Under the pieces are notes generated by a model. It worked only from the letters and a program-made list of their open reading frames with translations. It had not been told where the DNA came from and did not search any database. A stretch of 64,000 nt of DNA from Macrostomum hystrix. Lineage: Eukaryota; Animalia; Platyhelminthes. The stretch spans positions 17,856,001-17,920,000 of the forward strand of contig CATNEN010000039.1 of assembly GCA_950097015.1 (NCBI GenBank), in the 5' to 3' direction. Position 1 is the stretch's first letter, and the number at the start of each line of letters is the position of its first letter. The translations under genes were made by a program, and so were the position numbers. Positions 1 to 11,500 of this stretch are shown piece after piece.

Positions 1-3
1 TAG

Positions 4-1579
4 ATACGCACGATCTCAGACTATTTGAACCGCTGCCACCTTCGCCTCTGGTGCTCAGATCTTCAACGGCTTTGCACGCGGTTCATATTGAACGCTGCGG
101 TCTTACACTGATTGACTGCAGCGAAGCTACCCGACTGCGTACGCTAACGGTCGAGTCCTGTCCGCGTCTGGCTGAGATTCGCCTACCGTCTGGATCAGCC
201 AGGAGTCTGCGGAGATTGCGCATCGTGGGATGTCCGCGCTTCGATTATAGGCTACTGTACAGGCGCCTTGTGGATGTGATGGCCGCGAGATGCACTGAGC
301 CACGGGAAGGTAAATGAGTTAGGAAATATATCCCAATTTTTGTTATGTGAAATCGAATCACAAACATAATTTTCATCGGCCTTCCAAATTTAAGCATCGC
401 AAATTAATCCAATCCCAGTTCCAATGCCCAAAATCCCGATCCAAATCCCCCAAAATACAAACATCTAGCCCCTAAAATCTTAATCCCAATCCCCAGCATC
501 CCGATTCCAATCCGCAGCATCCCGATTCCAATCCCCAGCATCCCGATTTAAATTCCCAGCATCCTAATCAAAACCCGGCCCTTAATATTCTGATCCGAAT
601 CCAATGAATCTTGATCATTTTTTGCTTTTTAGAAACGAGCTCTTATAAAAATATTTGAACTCGTTCACCTAATCTTAAGGCTTCGGTGATGACAGTCTGG
701 CTGTTTGTTTCCGGCCTATGGGCGCCTATCATTCGCTTGACGAGCAAATCCTGCTGAAAATGCCCGGCTCGCATCTGCTGCTGACGCACGATTTTATGGT
801 AAGGGAAAATGTCCAGCCAATAGGAAAGGGTTTAGTCTTCAGCCAATAGGGATAGGGTTGAGTGTTCAGCCAATAGGGACAGGGTTGAGTGTTCAGCCAA
901 TAGGGATAGGGTTAAGTGTTCAGCCAATAGGAATAGGGTTAAGTGTTCAGCCAATAGGAATAGGGTTGAGTGTACAGCCAATAGGAATAGGGTTAAGTGT
1001 TCAGCCAATAGGAATAGGGTTGAGTGTACAGCCAATAGGGATAGGGTTGAGTGTTCAGCCAATAGGAATAGGGTTGAGTGCTCAGTCAATAGGGATAGGG
1101 TTGAGTGTTCAGCCAATAGGGACAGGGTTAAGTGTCTCCATTTTTCTCCGCGGCAGGGCTCGGACGCTCGCGACATCAACCTAGACCGGCTACAGTCGCA
1201 TTTTCATCAGATATTTCGCGATATAATGCACTTCTCAGAGAATCTAATCCGACGCGACTATGTCAAAGAGTCCCGACCAGGCGATCCGATTGCACAATCT
1301 AATCGATTCAGTCGGGGCCGGATGCTGCGGTTCGAATCCGGCCGATCTAGCGACGGTCACCCGTGGGATCTGCTTACAGACATACCCTGGGTTGGCGAGT
1401 GCGGGATTAATCCCTATCCGAATTTCCCAGAGGACGCTGATCAACTCTACCAGACACTGATCGAGTCGCACTCAATGCCCTATTACAAGATGGCTAGTAG
1501 GGGCCTATCAGTTCATGTACAGTGCCGCGATATTGACAAATTCGAATTTGGCAACGCCACCGGTGTCAAACTTCTCTAA
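4..1579 (+). CDS. 3' part of a leucine-rich-repeat protein (F-box/LRR-like); 5' end lies outside the window
   Basis: Exons 4-309, 680-798 and 1157-1579 (TAA) join in frame through GTAAAT..TTAAG and GTAAGG..GGCAG. LRR-like units: LRTLTVESCPRLAEIRL, LRRLRIVGCPRF. Confidence 0.6.
405..605. repeat. Degenerate ~21-bp intronic tandem repeat (ccaatccccagcatcccgatt)
   Basis: About 4 good units plus degenerate flanks in intron 310-679. Confidence 0.6.
810..1135. repeat. 27-bp intronic minisatellite (agccaatagg[g/a]atagggttgagtgttc)
   Basis: About 12 units filling intron 799-1156; explains spurious ORFs 832-1179 and 858-1184. Confidence 0.95.
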
Positions 1580-2149
1580 ATGCCATGCTTTGAGTTCTGA
1601 GATTTATAAGCAGATAAATGTTTTCTGTGTAAGAGTTTTCTAAATTAAATAATTAGACAGAATACCAGTTTTGTGATACCCCAGTCAACAATAGTATTCA
1701 ACTGAATGCAATAAATAATTAAAAATCGGTTATATTAATACTTTTGCCTGCGACTAATCGACAGTTCTTATTTTAGTTTTAAAAGGCACTTTTGCTGTTT
1801 ATCGCTGCTTTTTCTTAACCTCCATGAAAATATTGTTTATTAATTACATCTCGAATTCGTTTCAGGTTTTTTTCCTATCCCCAGCTGTGTATTTCGTGTT
1901 TTATTTCTCTTTCAAATATTGACAACTTATTTGGCTGCTACTTAGGCTTAGCAATTCCTCTTCAAGTCTATAAAGCTTGTTCCGGGCTTGCTTGTTGGTC
2001 TTTGTGACTTGATGTCTTTCTTTCGAATTGAATGACGCTTTGTACTCGTAGTATAGTATTGAATTATCTTTATTATTTCCTCATCATCTCTCATCTCGGC
2101 TATTCCGTTGTCTCGTGATATCTCTCATGCTACTCGTATTTATCTTATT

Positions 2150-2472
2150 CATAATAATTATAATTTATAATAATAATTTATTACGCCTGCCCCAATCGGG
2201 CCAGATGTGCAGCCGACAGCACAGCCGCAGCTAATGCGCGGCGCATCTGAAGGCTGCGTACAGCTGTTCAGTCCATGGACTGGGGGACGCCACACCCACC
2301 TTCAATTATCCCAGCTGATGCTCGTACCCATTTAACAGCTGGGTGAACTGAAGTAGTGCAGAGTTAAGTGTCTTGCTAAAGGACACAAATTGTTCCAGTG
2401 AAGTCGGGAATCGAACCCCCGACCTTCAAATCGTGAGTCCGATGCCCTAACCACAAGGCTACAACCTCCCTA
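2150..2472 (-). mobile_element. tRNA-derived SINE family 1, full-length copy
   Basis: Minus strand reads a tRNA-like head (GTAGCCTTGTGG A box, GGTTCGATTCC B box), a CORE-like segment (tgtgtcctttagcaagacacttaac...gttaaatgggtac), a body with cagtccatggactg, and an AT-rich tail. Homologous copies at 52325, 53598, 55225, 55357 and 61433. Confidence 0.85.
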
Positions 2473-3059
2473 CACACTGTACACTGTAGATTCCCTACAC
2501 CCTATCTTATCTATCGAATCTTGTCTGTGGAACTGACAGTCTCACATCTCTCTCTTTTGTTATCTGTTCTTATTTAAATTAACAATAATATCATTCTGTG
2601 CTCTTTGTTATCTAGCTTTCGCTTGTCTGGAGTCAAAAGTACACTCAACTTTTGAATATATATTCCTAGTGCTTCCGGCAGTCTATCTTTAGAACTGTTT
2701 CCTTTCTCGTTTGTCGCTTGCCTTCGTGTTGTAATAATATTGGTAACACTTCTCAGTAGGTTCACCTGTTGACGCAACGCATTAAACATATTTTTGCTAC
2801 ACCTATTCTTGTTTGTACTCATCAATCTTTTTTCTGGTCATGCTTTTTCAGCTATTTAGCAAAGTCTAATATCTGGATCTGTGTTTTTGTATTCATTTCT
2901 GTACAATTATAAAAATAAATTTGCTTCTGTCCGGAAAATCGTGTTACATTGTTACCTTCATGTCCTAACAACTAGTTTCATTCTATGCTTACATAAAGAA
3001 AACTTAAAATTGGCCTCATTTACGGCTTGCAGTTATCTTTCATTGATCTATCTACATCC

Positions 3060-4060
3060 ATTCCCAGTCAACCCTAATCAATTTACACTCGCTTCTAGTC
3101 AACCCCTACCAATGTAGATCCACTCCAGACAATCCCTATTAATGTACACTCGCTCCTAGTCAACCCCTACCAATTTTCATTCGCTCCTAGTCAACCCGTA
3201 TCAATGTACACTCGCTCCCAATCAACCCCTATTAATGTACACTCGCTCCCAATCAACCCCTATCAATGTTCATCCACTCCAGTCAACCCTATCAATCTAC
3301 ACTCGCTCGTAGTCAACCCCTACCAATGTACATCCACTCCCAGTCAACCCCTACCAATGTTCATTCGCTCCTAGTCAACCCGTATCAATGTACACTCGCT
3401 CCTAGTCAACCCGTATCAATGTACACTCGCTCCCAATCAACCCCTATTAATGTACACTCGCTCCCAATCAACCCCTATCAATGTTCATCCACTCCAGTCA
3501 ACCCTATCAATCTACACTCGCTCGTAGTCAACCCCTACCAATGTACATCCACTCCCAGTCAACCCCTACCAATGTTCATTCGCTCCTAGTCAACCCGTAT
3601 CAATGTACACTCGCTCCTAGTCAACCCGTATCAATGTACATTCGCTCCCAGTCAACCCCTACCAATGTACACTCGCTCCCAATCAACCCCTATTAATGTA
3701 CATTCGCTCCCAGTCAACCCCTATCAATGTTCATCCACTCCAGTCAACCCTATCAATCTACACTCGCTCGTAGTCAACCCCTACCAATGTACATCCACTC
3801 CCAGTCAACCCCTACCAATGTTCATTCGCTCCTAGTCAACCCGTATCAATGTACACTCGCTCCTAGTCAACCCGTATCAATGTACATTCGCTCCCAGTCA
3901 ACCCGTATCAATGTACACTCGCTCCCAGTCAACCCGTATCAATGTACATTCGCTCCCAGTCAACCCCTATCAATGTACACTCGCTCCCAGTCAACCCCTA
4001 TTAATGTACACTCGCTCCCAGTCAACTCCTGTCGATTTACATTCGCTCCCAACCAATCCC
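3060..4060. repeat. ~31-bp intergenic minisatellite (tcaacccctatcaatgtacactcgctcccag) with higher-order blocks
   Basis: About 30 units; 215-246 bp blocks recur at 3266, 3481 and 3727. Confidence 0.95.
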
Positions 4061-5582
4061 TATCTTAAAAATTTGTCTGTCGACCCTTAAAACTGCCGAA
4101 TACAATACAGAAAGAGATTTTTTGCTTATAAATATCTCTTAAATATTCTTAGCTTGCATGGGCTTCTGTAAAATATAAATTCTGGCGGGTAAATATATAT
4201 TTAAACGTCTGTTTAGTCCACAGTAATCGTCAATAAACTATTGTCAGCAGCTAATCGAAGTAGATATTGAAGGTTTCCAGGCTGTTACTTATTTATCTGA
4301 TTGATGTTTATGTGGCTCGATAATCTGATTTATAAGCCTTCCAATTTGCTGTGTACTTTAGCATCAATTCAAGCACAATTTGTTCTGTTGACTAGACGCA
4401 AATTAACAATACATGTCTGTTTCTTTCTCATTATTAAATAGATAAATATATACCGACATTTATCCATTCTGCGCGATTCCCTGTTTAAAAGACACTCTGT
4501 TTTAAAGAGTCAATTATTTATTATAGGTTGTTTCTTTGCTTTTTTATAACTACTCGTACTTTAGTTTTTAGTTCGTAGAGATAAAACCAAAATACTTTTG
4601 GAAATAGGAGCAGAGAACTTACACATAGGAACTTATCAGATTCAACGGATGGTCATATAAGAAAATGTGTACTACTATTAAAAAGCGATAAAAAACTGAT
4701 TTGGGTACATACAGACTTTGCTTTTCTGATATAGAGGCATCGTTGTTTTAGTTTTCAGCTAATTTTTTAAACAGCAAAACACATTTTTAAGAACCTTGAA
4801 AAAACGACACTTAATGACACGAAATATTGAGTTTTTTCTTTCAAATCAGCACTTCATTTAAGCGATTAGTTGACGATGAATGACGCCAAGATGAACACTT
4901 TCTCGCCTTGACTGCCAAATCTCTGCTAGCGGGAGATTCGTTTTTTTCAGATGATTAAAGATTTGCGCATTTGATCAACCACAATTAGCAATAAGCGGAG
5001 GAAGTATAGAAAATAGGAAACTGAAGCTGCAGCGGGCGCGGTTTTCAGATATTTGAACTTCGAGATGAGAACTGAGCTTCTAATTGCCGCTTAGTGAATT
5101 ACTAAATTCAAAACAGTCTTCAGGAAATCTTCACGAATTAATAAACACATGCTTGAAAACAATTTAAAGAGGCCATTAAGAAGTCAAAGTTCTGGCGCCT
5201 ATTAAGCAAATATGTCACGAAAGCTATCATATTGATACATCTAATACGAAACAGTTCTGTGTTGATTTTTCAGTAAAAAGGCTGTAAGTTCTGATATAAC
5301 ATCGCAGCAGTTACAATTTACGGCTTCATAATACGAGCTAATACCAAAACACAGTGATAGGAAAGCAGATTATCAACGACGTTTATTAATGAAAGTTGAA
5401 TTTTGAACCGCATCAAAAGTCGTTATTGTTGCGTTACAAAACATCCGGCAATGGCGTCTAATTTTAAGTCAAATTGTTGCGTGATTACATGTCAATTACT
5501 CAATAATTTCAAGTAATGCTTTTTCGTTATATATTTAATAGTTTGCATATTAACTAACAAATTGTAGTTTGACATAATTTAA

Positions 5583-8500
5583 TCACTTAAGAAATCGGCG
5601 GCTGACGCTGCTGCTGTCGATTAGGTCGGCATTCTCAGTGGAGCAGTCCAGCACAATGCGGCCTCTAGTGGACAGAATGAGCATCTCGTTCATCACCTCC
5701 TTGAACTTGCGCTGTAAAAAATGGATGAGAGCGAAACGATAAAATCTGCACGAACATATTCATGAAATGCTACTTAGAGTAGTCGAATTTGTCGCGATTT
5801 CAACTGCCCACGCTTGGTATGCAAACCTTTTTCCGCTTGGCGAGCAGAGCGCAGCGATAAACAAACTCCATGATGGATAGGATGACTCCGAATACAGTGC
5901 CCACAATTAGAATGTAGAATAGGCCGATCACACTTCTCAGCTCCAAAGACTGGGCGGAGCTTTTCTGTGGGTGTTAGATGATTTTGAGTTATATATTTTG
6001 TTTAATACTTCATAATGGAATCTTGGACTAAGAGGACGAGTTGGAATCTTGGCCGAAGATAAATGTCTGGGAGCGAGACACTCAATTCTCTACTGCTTCA
6101 TTTCTCTACACTGCGCAATAGCTGCGGCTGAGTCACTGGTTTTCAAGGTCAAATTTTAGTTTTTATGGGTAAATTATATCTCATACACTATCTGAGTGTA
6201 CGTTCTGTACTGATTGAACATCTTGTACTCAATATAAAGGTTCGCACCTTGGAGTCCTGATTTTGATCCTGACATTTGCTGGCATCCCACCAGGTCGACT
6301 TCAGCCTAGTGATCTCTCCCCTCTCCTTGAACTGCAACACCTTCAGGTTGATGATCTCGCGCAAATCTGAGCCGCTTGGCGTTGCGATGCCGTAGCCGCG
6401 ACCACTGTCCAGGTTGCTGCCCACCTTGATTGTGCGACAGTTCTCCTGAGAATAGTACTCATTCATAGTGCTCTCTAGCAGGAAGGCGTAGTCATTGTTA
6501 GAGTTAAGGACTCGATCAACGCCCTCTTTGACAGTGTTGACAAACACGTTGGGATTGGCCTCCATAAACTGCCACATTCGACGGAACTCTTGCACTGTAG
6601 AATTCTGCAGGTGGGGCGAGTCCGAGTGATTCGGCTTGAATCGAATAAAAGTTAATCAAACTTCAAAACAAGAAGTGATCGAGAGAAAAGCGAAGAGAAG
6701 AGAAGTGAAACATTGCCCAAGAGCTAGCTGTTTCGTTATCTTCTAAGAGCTACATCTCATGATTGGCTAAATGCTAGCTAGCCGTGTCGCTATCGGCTTA
6801 AAGAACTAGCCGGGTCACTATCGTTATCGTAAGAGCTGACTGTGCCGCTATTGGCTAAGAGCTAGCTGTGTCGCCATTGGCTAAGGGTTAGTGTCTCGAT
6901 ATTGGCTAAGAGTCAACTGTCTCGCTATTGGCTAAGAGTCAACTGTCTCGCTATTGGCTAAGAGTCAACTGTCTCGCTATTGGCTAAGAGTCAACTGTCT
7001 CGCTATTGGCTAAGAGTCAACTGTCTCGCTATTGGCTAAGAGTCAACTGTCTCGCTATTGGCTAAGAGTCAACTGTCTCACTGTCTCACTATTGGCTTAG
7101 AGCTAATTGTGTGTCGCTTTAGGCTAAGAGCTAGCTATCAATTGATTGTTATTTCGTAAAAATGTGCAATATTAAGCGTGCATGTGCTATGAATAGATGT
7201 AGTAAAGCCGTGAGCTAATATAAGAATTGTGAAATTCGAGATTCGAAATTGTTGCATGCCTCTACTGTTGTCTCCTATCTCAAAAAGGCACTACAATAAT
7301 TGCCTCACCCTAAAGAACTCCTTGGACGAGCCTGCATTGACTACGCCGTATTTGATCTTGGTCTGTTTAGCCAGATCCTCATAGGATTGAATTGGTGTCG
7401 ACATGCGTTCGACTGTTAGGAAGGCGGCCAAGTTAGCAGTGTAGCTGCTGACAATGATCAGGGTGAAGAACCACCATACGCTACCCACAATGCGACCAGA
7501 TAGAGATCTGCAATTAAAACGTGCAGTGTAGCCGACAGAAGTTGTGCATTTAGCGTACTCTGAATCAGCAATGAACGCTCTTTTAAATAAGGAAACGTTT
7601 TTTATTTCCCAGCTCTTAGGTCTTTGTTCTTGGATATAGACACGTGATCTATTCCCATCAAAGCCTCACCTGGGCGATATATCGCCGCCCTGTTGCATGA
7701 AAGCGCTCAATGTGAACCAGAGCGAATTGAAGATGCTGAAATCGTTGGTGACCTTGTCGGCCTTGTCTGATTCCTGATTGAGATGCCACTCGTATGGACT
7801 GAACCGGCTAACTACAAATAGTACAACACTGACGCCTAGGTAGGCAAACGCGATGCACATCCAAATCTCCTTGGACAGCGGCTTCATGAAGCCGAACTGA
7901 TCAGATTCAGGATTTGTTGGCTTCAGAAACATTATGCTCAGGCCGACTTCCATGTACGGCGTGGAGAAGTCAACAACCTTCTCGCGCTTGGAGGTGATGG
8001 TTAGAGGAGCCACTGCGATGTCAGCCTCCTGGGGGAAGGAGCCAAGTGAGGTAGCTAAGTTGTTGCAAAGCCTAAACACAATTAGTTCTCGTTCTGTAAG
8101 AACGTTACGTCACCTCTCTGTCGTACAGCAAAAGACTTGTCACATCGTCTGTTGCGCGATAATATAAAAATCATACAGAGCGTCACAACGTATGCCATTC
8201 AACCAAGTCGGTATCACACAAAGCGTCATAACGTCGGTTGTACAACCAAGTCAGTATCATACAGAGCGTCATAACGTCAGTTGTACAACCAAGTCAGTGT
8301 CATACAGTGCGTCATAACGTCGGTTGTACAACCAAGTCAGTATCATACAGAGCGTCATAACGTCAGTTGTACAACCAAGTCAGTGTCATACAGTGCGTCA
8401 TAACGTCGGTTGTACAACTAAGTCAGAAACAGAGGGACAAAACTTCTCTTGTAAAATTTCAGTTTGCATGGCGCAACTCACCAGCCTGTATAGTTCACCA

Positions 8501-11500
8501 ATCATGCCATTCCAGGTGTCATTGACACTGTCATCGCCGTATTTGCCATCAGCTACTGGCTTGATCACGTAATCAAAGCCAATATCCTTGGCCAGCAGTT
8601 TGATGAGGTCAGCGCAGAAGCCCACAAATCTATCGTTGCCAACTAGAGGCGTACCGTCCAGCGAGCTGTTCTTGCGCAGCATCAGAAACGGCTCGCTTAG
8701 GATGCTGGTTACTATGCGGGTTCGATTGCTGAATTGAATGCGGACGTCCCGGCTCTTGGAGTGATTGCGTGTCAGGCGGAACTGACCGTTAGACCAGACG
8801 CTGATCTGCGAACATTTGCGTAACGGGTGTTTAATATCTTATCCCGGAACACTGGGAACCGGGAACACCGGGAACACTGGGAACCGGGAACACCGGGAAC
8901 TGGGAACACCGAGAACCGGGAACACCGGGAACCGGGAACACCGGGAACCGGGAACACCGGGAACCGGGAAAAACGGAAGCAAGAGACAGAGTCCTCACAG
9001 GCTGTAGCTCGGATCGCACACCAGCTTCGATGCCCTGAACCTGGTAGTTTTCTCGGTAGCCGGACTGGTCGAATTGCACCCAACCGGTCACACCGGGGAA
9101 GCCGGATTTGGAGCCCTTGAACTCGGCCGTGATGTTCTCAGCCGGAAAGGCGGGCGTCTCGGGCGGCATGCAGGCCTCTTTATGGTCGCGGGGAATTCGA
9201 TCCAACGGTTGCAGCTTCTGGTGAGCCCGAAAAAATGCCGAAAAACCGTCCATCATGAGGGCCACGGAGAGCTGCAATTCGGTAAAATTCTAAATTCTAA
9301 ATGTCTTGTCTAAACTCCCAGGTAGGTGTGTTAAGTGAAATCACAGAGGACAAACGCCAAAGGCAAAAATTGAGAGTGTTCAAAACTTGACAATAAAAAA
9401 GTCAGGGCAGATGTACACATCATGCTAGGTTTCAACGACTGGATTAACTGTCGAGTATGATAAAAAAACTCATTTTCTACTCACAGGTATGATTTTATTA
9501 GACGGATCCAGTTTGTCCAACGCCGTTGGATAGGCAGACAGGCGTTCTGGCGAGAACCAGAGATCGTTTTTGAAGCGCAGAAAAGTTGGATCAGAGAAGT
9601 TGAGCACTGTGAAACCGGTGATGTTAACTCCGCCGTGTAGGAACATAGTCTGGTTCACCTCGTTGATGTCCTATTTTAGTTTGCGGGAAATTATTTTTTA
9701 CTGGCAGCAGACATCTACTTTACTTATCTATTTTTATTGCGGAAGATTTTTAATGAATCTCTCACCGATCCCATGATCAGGTAGTGATAGTCTAGTCGAT
9801 TGCCCCGGATTTCTTTGATCTGCGGAAAGTTGGGACGCTATGTGTGATACTGACTTGGTTGTACCACATACTTTTTGACTCCCTGTACGATACTGACTTG
9901 GTTGTACCACATACTTTTTGACTCCCTGTACGATACTGACTTGGTTGTACCACATACTTTTTGACTCCCTGTACGATACTGACTTGGTTGTACCACATTC
10001 GTTATGACGCTCTGTACGATACTGACTTGGTTGTACCACATTCGTTATGACGCTCTGTACGATACTGACTTGGTTGTACCACATTCGTTATGACGCTTGA
10101 TACGACAATGACTTTGTTGTACCATATACTTTATCACGCTCTGTACAATACTGACTTTGTTGTACAACATACTTTACGACTCCCTGTACGGCACTGACTT
10201 GGTTGTACAACATACTTTATGACTCCCTGTACGATACTGACTTGGTTGTACCACATACTTTATGACTCCCTGTACGATACTGACTTGGTTCTACAATATA
10301 CGTTACCTCATCAAAGATCTGCTGCTGAACGTCTCGATCTTCCAAGTCAAGAAAGACTCGTTTAAGCGTCTCAGCCGACTTCTCGTTGATGTACCGCAGC
10401 ACCGTGGCCGCCGCTCCGGGGCCGCCGTCGGTCAGGTCGCGTATGTCAGCGCTGATGGTGGACTCCTTGCCTTTGTAGCGCTCGAAGATTTCCCGTAGGC
10501 GAAGTAGGGCTGCGGAGTAAGATACAGTTTGTTAGCTATTTAGTACGGCGAATGGTTTGACAGTTGACTGTTAACAGTGGGACTACCAAGCCATTTTGCT
10601 CCCCTTTTTTTTATTCCAGGGGGGTAATCCCCCTGAATTTTTTACGCAGCGCTTGAATGCTAACAGCGTTGGGTGGTGACTGATTGGTTGACAGACTAGG
10701 CCATGGCGTCCTGCGGTTGATCTACCTAATATTTAGGCTTGATCTGTGAAATCGGAGAAGGTTCATAGTGGCCTATTTCCACCTATTGTAGCCCTTGATC
10801 GAAGGTCCAGCAGTCCGTCTAGATGACCACAGGCAGGTGACCACCGAAGATGGATATTATGCAGGCACAATCGGGTGACATGCAGATAAATTTTGAAGGC
10901 CTGGCAAGGCCGCCATTGAGGCGCAGGGCTAATTCGTGTATAGGGGTGTATGAAATATAAGCGCTTAGGTCAATACAATAGGGAAATATAAGGAAATACG
11001 CTCAGAGATACATAAAATACAAGCGTTTACTGGCGCTTACGGGAAAAACCAGACCTTCAGTCATAATAATTGAATATTTCGTCGGTCTAAAGAGCTGGCG
11101 ATTTCATTATTGTTTTAGAAGATGTACAATAAAAAGTTGGCCCATGTTCTTGAGTTTCGTGTGCTTGCGTTGCTCCGTTCGGGAGCAGCACAAAAAAATT
11201 TCAAGAGGGAATTCCCCCCCCCACTGGGTAGTTCTACCGTTAATAACAATAACAATAATAATTGCAGGAGGGCTGCGGGCAATGGCACATCATTTAGTGG
11301 CACTAGACCCGCAGCCAGCGAAGAGGCAATTCTGCCCATTTCGCTGACTCCTGAGCACACACGCACACAGATACTGTACACAGGCACACGCTCACACAGG
11401 TGTGTACATCTGTCCTGACTTTCTCATCGTCTGACAGTGTACACTCTCACAGTGTCTTGGAGGTTGGCCCTCAAGGGCGTAAATTGCACGACAAGCCCCC

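Noticed and set aside
633-679. Canonical tttttag acceptor at 632 for gene 1
   Set aside because: It leads to an in-frame TGA after 8 codons; the acceptor at 679 keeps the frame open to the next exon.
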